Below the pieces are notes generated by a model. The model was not told where the DNA came from and searched no databases. It saw nothing but the letters and a program-made list of their open reading frames with translations. This document shows, piece after piece, positions 27,313-35,444 of a stretch of DNA of 64,000 nucleotides. Each line of letters begins with the position of its first letter. The stretch's first letter is position 1. This DNA is from an uncultured Candidatus Saccharibacteria bacterium (GTDB taxonomy: Bacteria > Patescibacteriota > Minisyncoccia > Minisyncoccales > GWA2-38-27). A program made the position numbers and the translations under genes. The stretch spans positions 2,959 to 66,958 of the forward strand of contig CAZOVC010000002.1 of NCBI GenBank assembly GCA_964583485.1. The letters run 5' to 3'.

Positions 27313-27498
27313 ATGTTAATACTAAGCAGACAAAGAGATGAGTCAATTATGATCGGTGATGATGTAGAGATCATTATCGTGGATGTCAGAGGCGGCAAAG
27401 TGCGTCTTGGAATTACAGCCCCAAGGGCAGTTCCTGTGCACCGAAGAGAGATTTATGACGCGATTCAACTAGAGAAAAAAGAAAAGTGCGATAGTTAA
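27313..27498 (+). CDS. csrA: Carbon storage regulator CsrA (RNA-binding translational regulator)
   Basis: MLILSRQRDESIMIGDDVEIIIVDVRGGKVRLGITAPRAVPVHRREIY is near-canonical CsrA. Confidence 0.8.
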   Translation: MLILSRQRDESIMIGDDVEIIIVDVRGGKVRLGITAPRAVPVHRREIYDAIQLEKKEKCDS

Positions 27499-27527
27499 AC
27501 TATCGCACTCTTTTTTTTATCTTAATT
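27490..27527 (+). terminator. Rho-independent terminator (gtgcgatag/ctatcgcac then T8)
   Basis: Read from the sequence. Confidence 0.5.
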
Positions 27528-27528
27528 T

Positions 27529-27681
27529 ACATTGCTGGTCCGCCTGGCGGCGTTGTTGGCGGCGTCATAGGCGGTCCGCCTCCTTCTTTTTTCTTGAAAA
27601 TCTTATCCTTAAAGATATAAAGCAATATTGCTACTATCACCACAGCGGCTACGATTATTCCAATAGTTGTGGAACTCATAA
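27529..27681 (-). CDS. Unlisted small membrane protein of about 50 aa (MSSTTIGIIVAAVVIVAILLYIF...GGGPPMTPPTTPPGGPAM)
   Basis: Translated by hand from the minus strand. One TM helix and a Pro/Gly-rich tail. Below the ORF-track size cut-off. Confidence 0.3.
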
Positions 27682-27737
27682 TTTTTAAAAATTAATATCT
27701 TTGTTAAGACCTTTCTTTTTTAATTTTCTCTTTTTTA

Positions 27738-28925
27738 TCAAACCTTGTCAAGTAATTTATACACATCTCCTGCGCCCATAATTATTACTACTTCCCCGCC
27801 CTTTAAATTTCTTTTCAAATAATCCTTTATTTTTTCTTTTGGCAAATATAATTTTTCAGCTTTTTTAATCTTTTTAACTAATTCTTTTGAACTTATTTTT
27901 TCTTTTATTTCCTTTTTTTCTCTGCCAGCCACATCATAAATATCAGTAATTATTAATTTATCTATTAAAGCATTAGAAAAAACTCTGACAAAATCATTAA
28001 ATAAATAAAAGGTTCTTTGGTATTGATGGGGCTGAAAAATACACCAGATTTCTTTATCTGGGAATTTCTCTCTGGCTGCTTGCAGCGTTGCTTTTACCTC
28101 TGTTGGGTGGTGGGCATAATCAGAAATAAACGTTGTCTTCCCCTTTTTTATAATCTCAAAACGTCGCCAAACTCCTTTATATTCTGACAATGCCTGAAAA
28201 GAAACTTTATCTGAAACTCCCAATGCCCTAGCTGTATTTAGAGCTGCTAATGCATTATAAATATTATGCTCTCCGGGAACCTGCAAAATTTCTTTTAATT
28301 TTTCTGCTTCTTTTTGTTTTAAACTATATTTTCTGGCATCTATCAAAACACCGTGTTTTGGCAAATGTGAAATAAACTTTTTATATGTCTTTAAAATATG
28401 GTCTAAATCTCTATAATAATCCAGATGTTCTCTTTCAATGTTAGTTAAAACAATAATTTTAGGCCAATAATTTAAAAAAGAGGCCTGCCATTCATCTGCT
28501 TCAATAACAAGATATTTGCTCTTCCCTATTCTAAAATTATTCCCATGAAATTCTTTTAATTTAGTGCCGATAATCACGGTTGGGTCAAGCTCTGCTTTCA
28601 TTAAAATTAAAGCAATCATTGCGCAGGTTGTGCTTTTGCCATGAGTGCCAGAAACAGCGACAGTAAAGTATTCTTTAGTAAGCTCTCCCAATGCTTGGGG
28701 GTAGGTCTGAATTTTAATTTTAAGCTTCTTTGCCTGTTTAATTTCAGGATTATCTGGTGTGATTGCTGGACTATGAATTACTAAATCAGCATCTTTAGGC
28801 ACATTCTTAGTTTTATGAGGCCCTAAAGCAAGATCAGAGCCGGTAATTTTATGGCCCTTTGCTAAATAATATCCTGCCAGAGCGCTAACTCCAATACCAC
28901 CTATACCAATAAAATGTATTTTCAT
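27738..28925 (-). CDS. murC: UDP-N-acetylmuramate--L-alanine ligase
   Basis: MKIHFIGIGGIGVSALA ... SGTHGKSTT. Confidence 0.88.
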   Translation of the reverse strand: MKIHFIGIGGIGVSALAGYYLAKGHKITGSDLALGPHKTKNVPKDADLVIHSPAITPDNPEIKQAKKLKIKIQTYPQALGELTKEYFTVAVSGTHGKSTTCAMIALILMKAELDPTVIIGTKLKEFHGNNFRIGKSKYLVIEADEWQASFLNYWPKIIVLTNIEREHLDYYRDLDHILKTYKKFISHLPKHGVLIDARKYSLKQKEAEKLKEILQVPGEHNIYNALAALNTARALGVSDKVSFQALSEYKGVWRRFEIIKKGKTTFISDYAHHPTEVKATLQAAREKFPDKEIWCIFQPHQYQRTFYLFNDFVRVFSNALIDKLIITDIYDVAGREKKEIKEKISSKELVKKIKKAEKLYLPKEKIKDYLKRNLKGGEVVIIMGAGDVYKLLDKV

Positions 28926-29479
28926 AATAAGTTTGCTGATTCAAGTATGATATATTCCGGTCCTCCCCTCTTTAACACGCTTTCCATTATTTCAATTGAA
29001 TCAACTGGAAAACTCAAACCTATTTCTTCATCAACGCTGGGCGCCTCTTCCGGCTCAATCCTCTGCCATTCCCATTTTCTAATCCTTCCTAAAGTAATGT
29101 GAGGAGAAAACTGTCTTTTTTCTGAGATAGTTAAAGATTTATCCAAATCATCTTTAAGAGAAGCAAATTCTTCTGATTTCTCCCCCATTGCCCAAACCAT
29201 GCGAGGAACTTGCCCGGAACGAAGCCGAAGAGGGCCATAGCATATTTTAATTAAATTAACAGAAAATGATGAATGCCTGGAACCAGCTTCTTTTACAGCT
29301 TTACAAACTTCTACAAGTTCTTCATCTGTAATATATCCTAAAAAAGCCAAAGTAATATGAATATTATTTAACTTTGTCCATTTGATTGGAAGTTCCGGCC
29401 ATTTCTCTTTATATCCTGCTAACTTCTTCTTAACATCTTCTGGTAAATTTATAGCAATAAATATTCTCCGCCTTTTCAT
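28922..29479 (-). CDS. thpR: RNA 2',3'-cyclic phosphodiesterase (2H family, ThpR/LigT)
   Basis: Two H-x-T-x motifs, HITLAFLG and HITLGRI. Confidence 0.7.
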   Translation of the reverse strand: MKRRRIFIAINLPEDVKKKLAGYKEKWPELPIKWTKLNNIHITLAFLGYITDEELVEVCKAVKEAGSRHSSFSVNLIKICYGPLRLRSGQVPRMVWAMGEKSEEFASLKDDLDKSLTISEKRQFSPHITLGRIRKWEWQRIEPEEAPSVDEEIGLSFPVDSIEIMESVLKRGGPEYIILESANLL

Positions 29480-29577
29480 TACTTAATCTTGACACAACTC
29501 TAATAAAATGTAAAATACGATATTAGCTCATTTGTCTAAATTAACCAGAACTTTAACATTTTTGAAAGGACAAGAAA

Positions 29578-29847
29578 ATGGAAAAAGGAATATTGTTTTT
29601 ACTTCCAAAAAGAAGGGGATTAGAACGCTTGGCCATATCAGAAGGTTCTGATGCTAAAAACGCAACTAAATTTAAAGTCCGCACTTTAGCATTTCCTAAG
29701 AATGTAGTTTCTGTCAACTCCCTTGAACCAGCAGAGCCGTTGATACATACCAATAGAAAAAAGGTTGGAAAGGATATAAAAAAGGCTTTAAAGGTTCATG
29801 GTCCAACCATAATCCGTTACCTTCTAGAAAGGATAGAAAGGACATAA
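29578..29847 (+). CDS. Hypothetical small protein
   Basis: 89-aa ORF with RBS aaaggacaag. Terminator-like hairpin (gctcaag...cttgagc plus T-run) at about 29890-29920. Confidence 0.35.
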   Translation: MEKGILFLLPKRRGLERLAISEGSDAKNATKFKVRTLAFPKNVVSVNSLEPAEPLIHTNRKKVGKDIKKALKVHGPTIIRYLLERIERT

Positions 29848-30033
29848 AAAAACCAAGGCAGAAATCTTATTTTTTGAATAAATCACAAAAAGCTCAAGTC
29901 AAACGATTTGAGCTTTTTCTTTTTTATATTTCTTATATTTTTTATATTTCTTTTCTATCTATATTCAATATATAATATATTCATATTCACTATATTAATA
30001 TTCACTATATTCAATTATTCAATTAAATTCTAC

Positions 30034-30063
30034 AAACTACTACACTACGTAGTGTTGTAGTTT
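30034..30063. promoter_or_regulatory. Near-perfect 30-nt palindrome aaactactacactacg|cgtagtgttgtagttt, upstream of the yerC-like gene
   Basis: A paralogous palindrome lies at 30662-30695, just downstream of the same gene. Confidence 0.45.
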
Positions 30064-30123
30064 ATGGAATTGTGTTACAATTAAATTATAATTAAATAAT
30101 TAATAAACAAAAATAAAAATAAT

Positions 30124-30630
30124 ATGAAAAAATACTCACAAATTTCAAACAAAGAAAAGAGTAATTTATTGCAAGAATTCTGCGAAGCAATTTCTGTTTT
30201 AAATAACCCAAAAGAAATAATGGACTTTATAACTGACCTATTAACAAAACAAGAAACTATAATGGTAGCTAAAAGAATTAAAATTGCAAAAATGCTAATT
30301 ATTGGAAAAGATTATCAAGAAATTCGGAATTCCTTAAAAACAAGCCCTGGTACAATATCTAAAATAAATCAATGGTTATTAGAATCAGGAGAGGGTTTTA
30401 GAATAATTGCGCAAAGAACCAAAAGAAAAGAATCTAAAAAGATAAAATCGGAATATAGTGAATTAAAAAAACTCAAAAGACGATACCCTATTATGTTTTG
30501 GCCAGAACTTTTAATCAAAGATATAATAAAAACAATGAACGCAAAGCAAAAAGATAGAATTAAAAAATCTATAAAAAATTTAGATCGTAAATCTGAAATA
30601 TACAAACAAATAGATAAAGCTTTAAAATAA
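30124..30630 (+). CDS. Trp-repressor-like DNA-binding protein (YerC/YecD family)
   Basis: LLTKQETIMVAKRIKIAKMLIIGKDYQEIRNSLKTSPGTISKINQWL resembles the YerC/TrpR HTH. Confidence 0.55.
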   Translation: MKKYSQISNKEKSNLLQEFCEAISVLNNPKEIMDFITDLLTKQETIMVAKRIKIAKMLIIGKDYQEIRNSLKTSPGTISKINQWLLESGEGFRIIAQRTKRKESKKIKSEYSELKKLKRRYPIMFWPELLIKDIIKTMNAKQKDRIKKSIKNLDRKSEIYKQIDKALK

Positions 30631-30661
30631 CAAGTCTCAAAAAAGTAAACATAAAAGTTCC

Positions 30662-30695
30662 ACAAACTACTGCACTACGTAGTATAGTAGTTTGT
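30662..30695. promoter_or_regulatory. Second copy of the caaactact..cactacgtagt..agtagtttg palindrome
   Basis: Read from the sequence. Together with 30034-30063 it flanks the yerC-like gene. Confidence 0.45.
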
Positions 30696-30775
30696 TACAT
30701 TTTCTTATAATTGTAAAAAAATGTGGAAAGATGAAACATAGAAAAAATAAGAGATTATATAAAAAAATAAGAAAT

Positions 30776-30895
30776 ATGGTAAAATTAAAGTATGAAAATT
30801 AGTATTAAAAATACTATGGTAAAATTAAAGTATGAAAATTAGTATTAAAAATACTATGGTAAAATTAAAGTATGAAAATTAGTATTAAAAATACT
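30776..30895. repeat. Three perfect tandem copies of a 40-bp unit (atggtaaaattaaagtatgaaaattagtattaaaaatact), the last one overlapping the start codon of the 30872 gene
   Basis: Units start at 30776, 30816 and 30856. Each carries the ATG and first 8 codons (MKISIKNT) of the downstream ORF. Confidence 0.9.
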
Positions 30896-31150
30896 GGAGA
30901 AAATACAGTAAACTTAATGAGAAAGATTGGTTATCTTTTTCATAAAGAAAATCAATTTGTTAGACCTTTGGAAAGAAGCGGTTATCCAAGATTTCATTTA
31001 TATATCAAAGAAAACAAAGAAGAAATAATTTTTAACTTACATCTTGACCAAAAAAAACCACTATATAAAACAGCTCATGATCACGCAGCGGAATATGAAG
31101 GAGAAGTCGTTGAAGCCGAAGCCCAAAGAATAAAACAAATATTAAGATGA
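30872..31150 (+). CDS. Hypothetical small protein
   Basis: 92-aa ORF. Overlaps the next gene by 4 nt (ATGA). Confidence 0.45.
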   Translation: MKISIKNTGENTVNLMRKIGYLFHKENQFVRPLERSGYPRFHLYIKENKEEIIFNLHLDQKKPLYKTAHDHAAEYEGEVVEAEAQRIKQILR

Positions 31151-31815
31151 CCAATAAGAAAATCGCTCAAATATTATATAAAATAGAAGAACTTTTGAAT
31201 ATAAAAGGAGTGGCTTTTAAGCCGCAAGCTTACCATAAAGCAGCTCATGTTTTAGAAAACTTAAAACAAGACGTTTCCGAGATATATAAAAAGAAGGGAA
31301 GAAAAGGATTTGAAGAAATTCAAGGCATAGGCAAAAGCATTGCTAAAAAGATTGAAGAATATATTAAAAAAGGACAAATCAAATATTATACAGAACTAAC
31401 AGAAGAAACAGCTATTCGCCAGATTGTCACTTTTTATTTCAAAACCAAGGGATTGAGTTTGGATGAAATTAAAAGAGATGCTAAAAAAAGAAAAATAGTT
31501 TACTCAAGATTCACCAAACCAGCTAAACAACTTTTAGAATTAGCAGGTTCTGTAAAAAAAGCCAAGCAGGCAATTGATAAAGTAGCTAAATGGGCAAAAT
31601 CAAGGAATTTGGATTATGCAATAGAGACAGTTTTCAAAAAATGGCTGGAATTAGACCGTTTAAAGCCAAAAGAAATAGTTAAAAAGCCGTTCTTCCAGGG
31701 GAAGCCAATGATTTGGAGCCAAACAAAAAGAAAATGGTATGTAATTAGCGATGATGGTGAATGGTTGGAATTCGCTGGAAAAGAATCTGAGATTATATGG
31801 CGAATTGTGAAATGA
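31147..31815 (+). CDS. Pol X (DNA polymerase beta)-like N-terminal 8-kDa/HhH protein without a polymerase palm domain
   Basis: IAQILYKIEELLNIKGVAFKPQAYHKAAHVLENL ... IQGIGKSIAKKIEEYIKKGQI fits the Pol beta lyase and HhH fingers pattern. Only 222 aa. Confidence 0.45.
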   Translation: MTNKKIAQILYKIEELLNIKGVAFKPQAYHKAAHVLENLKQDVSEIYKKKGRKGFEEIQGIGKSIAKKIEEYIKKGQIKYYTELTEETAIRQIVTFYFKTKGLSLDEIKRDAKKRKIVYSRFTKPAKQLLELAGSVKKAKQAIDKVAKWAKSRNLDYAIETVFKKWLELDRLKPKEIVKKPFFQGKPMIWSQTKRKWYVISDDGEWLEFAGKESEIIWRIVK

Positions 31816-31819
31816 ATTT

Positions 31820-32635
31820 ATGAAAACTATATTTTTAGGTAAAGGAGAATTTGGAGAAATTGTCCTAAAAGGGCTTATTGAAAACGGATATAAGAACCAT
31901 GTTTCGCTTCGCTCAACAGAACCTTGTAATTCTTTGAATTATAAGCCTGTTTTAGTTAATGACTTTAAGAAAATAAAAGAATTAAAGCCAGATTTAGTTA
32001 TTATTGCTTCTTATGGCAAAATTATTCCTAAAGAAATTTTAGAAATTCCTCAATACGGCTGTCTTAATCTTCATGGTTCTCTTTTGCCAAAATATCGCGG
32101 CCCCTCCCCTATTCAAACAACCATTCTTAATGGAGATAAAAAAACTGGAGTGACAATAATTTTAATGGATGAGAAAATAGATCATGGTGAGATAATTTCT
32201 AATTCCAAATTCCTAATTTCTAATAAAAAGATTACCTATCAAGAACTTAATAAAAAATTAGCTGGGTTGGGAGTAGAATTATTAATAGAAACTATTCCAA
32301 AATGGATAAAAGGGGAAATTAAGGCAAAACCGCAGAATCATTCAAAAGCAACTTATACAAAGATTTTGAAAAGAGAAGATGGAAAAATTGACTCGTCAAA
32401 ATCACCTGAAGAAATTGAAAGAAAAATCAGGGCTTTTAATCCCTGGCCTGGCACTTTCTTTTTTATTAAACATAAAGATAAAGTTTTAAGAGTTAAAATT
32501 TTAAAAGCTGATATTTCAAAAAATAATAAATTAATAATTAAAAAACTCCAGCCCGAAGGCAAAAAACCAATGACCTTTGAAGAATTTAAAAGAGGATATC
32601 ATTTTAATACAAGTAAGAATTTTTTGAAAGAATAA
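31820..32635 (+). CDS. fmt: Methionyl-tRNA formyltransferase (short)
   Basis: LVIIASYGKIIP ... NLHGSLLPKYRGPSPIQ (SLLP motif). Confidence 0.75.
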   Translation: MKTIFLGKGEFGEIVLKGLIENGYKNHVSLRSTEPCNSLNYKPVLVNDFKKIKELKPDLVIIASYGKIIPKEILEIPQYGCLNLHGSLLPKYRGPSPIQTTILNGDKKTGVTIILMDEKIDHGEIISNSKFLISNKKITYQELNKKLAGLGVELLIETIPKWIKGEIKAKPQNHSKATYTKILKREDGKIDSSKSPEEIERKIRAFNPWPGTFFFIKHKDKVLRVKILKADISKNNKLIIKKLQPEGKKPMTFEEFKRGYHFNTSKNFLKE

Positions 32636-33186
32636 CTAACATAAAACAGAGCAGCAAGCAATCCGCAAGTTCCAAACAAGATATCTTCCCAAAAATCAAC
32701 TTTTATTTCCTGCTTTGTGTCAAAAAACAGTTTTGTGCCAAACGCTTGATCAATATTATACTGCAATATCTCCCAAAGAAAAAGACAAACAAATAAAATA
32801 GCGAAAAGATAAAACAATAGTTTTCTCTTTTTAATTTCTTCTCCATTTATCCTCATAACAGGCAGCCAAAGCAATAAAAAGATTATTAAAGAAAAGAAAG
32901 CCACGGCAAAATGAAGAAATCTATCATATTCAAAACCAAGCTGATGAAGAATTAAACTGCCGGGAGCATTTGAAATAACTATAAAAAAAGCAAAATATTC
33001 AATTTTTTTAACCCATTCATTTTTAACAGTTTTCTTAATGTTTGCATCAAACTTATAAAAAAAACGAGGCAGAAGAATTAACAATATTACAATAAAGCCG
33101 TAGGAAATAAGAACAATGCCTCTGCTTTTTGTAAAAAGTTCAATTAAAACAGTCGCGATTGAAACGGTTAAAGAAGCGATAATCAT
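32599..33186 (-). CDS. Hypothetical polytopic membrane protein (VanZ-like?)
   Basis: 195 aa, 5-6 TM helices. Confidence 0.45.
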   Translation of the reverse strand: MIIASLTVSIATVLIELFTKSRGIVLISYGFIVILLILLPRFFYKFDANIKKTVKNEWVKKIEYFAFFIVISNAPGSLILHQLGFEYDRFLHFAVAFFSLIIFLLLWLPVMRINGEEIKKRKLLFYLFAILFVCLFLWEILQYNIDQAFGTKLFFDTKQEIKVDFWEDILFGTCGLLAALFYVSYSFKKFLLVLK

Positions 33187-33361
33187 AAAATATGTTTAAA
33201 CTAATTTTACTGCATATTTTTATTATAACATACTTTTTCTCATGGCTTTAATCTTCTACCCTGAAATAAAAAAGCAAGGAAAGAAGTCGGGAGCCACGCA
33301 ATTCCTGCTTTCTTACATTTGTAACTTTCTTACATTTGTAAGTCTCCCAAAATACTTCCTT

Positions 33362-33433
33362 CCTTGCTTATTGGAGGGAGATGGAATCGAACCATCGACC
33401 TGTCGTCTAAGACGACCTGCTCTCCCAACTGAG
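33362..33433 (-). tRNA. tRNA gene, 72 nt; anticodon loop reads UCUUAGA, so anticodon UUA (candidate ochre-suppressor tRNA); identity needs confirmation
   Basis: The minus strand reads GGGGGGA-TA-GCTC-AGTTGGGA-GAGC-A-GGTCG-TCTTAGA-CGACA-GGTC-GATGG-TTCGATT-CCATC-TCCCTCC-A. The acceptor stem pairs 7/7 with one G-U, the D stem is GCTC/GAGC, and the T arm is GATGG/CCATC with a TTCGATT loop. Position 33 is C and 27:43 is G:A, both unusual, so the anticodon register is uncertain. Confidence 0.7.
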
Positions 33434-33468
33434 CTATCCCCCCGATTTAAGGTACTACTACTATTATT

Positions 33469-33491
33469 ATTATAGCAATCTGATTATTCCT
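33469..33491 (-). promoter_or_regulatory. Consensus sigma-70 promoter on the minus strand (TTGACA, 16-nt spacer, TATAAT) about 25 nt upstream of the tRNA 5' end
   Basis: The minus strand reads TTGACAggaataatcagattgcTATAATaataatagtagtagtaccttaaatcGGGGGG. Confidence 0.55.
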
Positions 33492-33516
33492 GTCAACAAA
33501 TTTTTATTATAACACA

Positions 33517-33795
33517 TTATTTCTTTCTTATCTTAATTGCTTTTCCTTCAGTCAGGGCTTCAGCCACTTTCTTCCGAGCCGAAGTTAAAATTCGCTGAAG
33601 GGTGCTTTGGGAAACTTTCATTTTCTTTGCCGCTCCTTTTTGCTCTAAATCTTTCAAATCGCAAAGTCGCAACGCCTCCAGTTCGTCTATGGTTAAATCA
33701 ACCTCTTCCAATATAGATAAAGGCACTGCTCGGGGCTTAAAATAGACCACATCTGGATCAAATAATACTCTTCTTGGTTTTATTGGTCTGGCCAT
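33517..33795 (-). CDS. DUF134 (UPF0251) predicted DNA-binding protein
   Basis: MARPIKPRRV...EALRLCDLKDLEQKGAAKKMKVSQSTLQRILTSARKKVAEAL. Confidence 0.6.
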   Translation of the reverse strand: MARPIKPRRVLFDPDVVYFKPRAVPLSILEEVDLTIDELEALRLCDLKDLEQKGAAKKMKVSQSTLQRILTSARKKVAEALTEGKAIKIRKK

Positions 33796-34649
33796 AATTG
33801 ATTGAGATTTTTGAAAATCTCTTGAATTTCTTTTTTAACCCTTAAATTGGTTTTTAAGATTGGTTTTAAGTTGGCGATAGCTTTAAATATCTTTTGGTCA
33901 TAAGATATTTTACCCAAAAGGTTTTTGCCAGCCCATTTCTCTATTTTATCACTCAATTGAGAATTAATATCCCATTTATTTATTACCAAACCCCAAGATA
34001 TCTTGAAATGATTGACAACTTCCAAAACTCTTTTTAAATCAGTAAATCCAGAAGGCGTTGGCTCAGTAACTAAAATAACAAAGTTTGAGTCCTGCAAAGA
34101 AGCAATCACTGGACAACCAGTGCCGGGAGAAGAATCAATAAGCATTAAATTATATTTAAATTTCTCAGCTTCTTTTTTAATTTCGGTAACCACTTTACCA
34201 GAACCTGTTTCGCCTGGGTAAAGTTGACCTGAAACTAAAGGAAAACCATACTTTGTTCTCTTAATTCTAATTTCACCGTTCTGAACAGATTTAAGAGTTA
34301 TTGCTTTTTGGGGACATATAATCTCACAAGCTCCGCAACCCTCGCATAAAAATGGATTTACTTTAGGTTTGCCTTTTACCATTTTTATTGCCTCAAAACG
34401 ACACTTTTCAGCGCATAAACCACAACCGTTACATTTTTTAAAATTAACTTCTGCCTTAGCCGAGGTAACGACTGGCAAGGTCCTGTCCCATTTTTTTATC
34501 CCTCCTAACCAAATAGCCAAATTAGGAGCATCAACATCGCAATCAACTGCCACAATCTTTTTTTTGTCCTTAACAAAAAGCATTGCCAAAACCGAACACA
34601 ACATAGATTTTCCTACCCCTCCTTTTCCTGAAGCAATTACAAGTTTCAT
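33780..34649 (-). CDS. MinD/Mrp-superfamily P-loop ATPase with an inserted 2x[4Fe-4S] ferredoxin domain (COG1149-like), copy 1
   Basis: SGKGGVGKS Walker A plus CNGCGLCAEKC and CEGCGACEIICP cluster motifs. Confidence 0.65.
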   Translation of the reverse strand: MKLVIASGKGGVGKSMLCSVLAMLFVKDKKKIVAVDCDVDAPNLAIWLGGIKKWDRTLPVVTSAKAEVNFKKCNGCGLCAEKCRFEAIKMVKGKPKVNPFLCEGCGACEIICPQKAITLKSVQNGEIRIKRTKYGFPLVSGQLYPGETGSGKVVTEIKKEAEKFKYNLMLIDSSPGTGCPVIASLQDSNFVILVTEPTPSGFTDLKRVLEVVNHFKISWGLVINKWDINSQLSDKIEKWAGKNLLGKISYDQKIFKAIANLKPILKTNLRVKKEIQEIFKNLNQLWPDQ

Positions 34650-35413
34650 CTTTTTTTAAAAATTAAAGAAATTAAAAATATAAAAGTTGAAGATAAAATA
34701 ATCAAGGGACCAGCTGAAAAACCTGTGAGTTTAAACAACAACAATCCAAAAATGGCAGAAATTATTCCTATTGCTAAGGCTCCGAAAGAATAATAAGAAA
34801 GAGTCCTCCCAAAATTATTTGAAGCAGAGGCTGGAATTACTAACATTGCCACCGTTAAAAGACCCCCTACTATTTTTACTTCCAAAGCAACAATTAAGGC
34901 AATAGAAGCTAAATAAATTAGATTATATTTTTTAACATTAACTCCTTCTACTTTTGCTAAATCTTCTGAAATTCCAGATAAAATCATCTTTGAGTAAATC
35001 TTTTTAATAATCAAAAAAACAATTATTCCTAAAATTACAGCGAGAATTGTATCAATCAAACTTATTTTGCTAATATCTCCTATTAATGCCTCTTCGGCTT
35101 GAGAAACTGGCAAAATTAGAAAACTAAGAGCAACGCCAGCAGCAAAGACCAAGCCAGTTAAAGCTTCCATCGGCAATTTTGTCTTGATTTCCAAAAGCCA
35201 GATTATAACAGCCCCGATGACTATGGTTCCTAATGCTCCCCAAAAAATATTGAAATGGTAAAGCAAAGCCAGAGCTGCCCCAGGTAAAGCCAAGTGCCCC
35301 AGCGGTCCTCCTATCAAAGCCATTCTTTTGGTGAGCATTAAAGAGCCCAAGTATCCTGCCGCTCCTCCAATGAAAATTACTGTAATTAAACTTAAAATAA
35401 ATTGAGAAAACAT
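34646..35413 (-). CDS. ABC-3 family metal (Zn/Mn) ABC transporter permease
   Basis: 255-aa polytopic protein of ZnuB/TroCD type. Confidence 0.7.
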   Translation of the reverse strand: MFSQFILSLITVIFIGGAAGYLGSLMLTKRMALIGGPLGHLALPGAALALLYHFNIFWGALGTIVIGAVIIWLLEIKTKLPMEALTGLVFAAGVALSFLILPVSQAEEALIGDISKISLIDTILAVILGIIVFLIIKKIYSKMILSGISEDLAKVEGVNVKKYNLIYLASIALIVALEVKIVGGLLTVAMLVIPASASNNFGRTLSYYSFGALAIGIISAIFGLLLFKLTGFSAGPLIILSSTFIFLISLIFKKR

Positions 35414-35444
35414 ATTATTTGAAAATTAAAAATTGAAAATTATT

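Noticed and set aside
30776-30895. The 40-bp tandem array considered as a CRISPR array
   Set aside because: The units are contiguous with no spacers, there are only three of them, and no cas genes are nearby. It is a simple tandem repeat.
33242-33475. Plus-strand 77-aa ORF
   Set aside because: It overlaps the tRNA gene and its promoter on the opposite strand.
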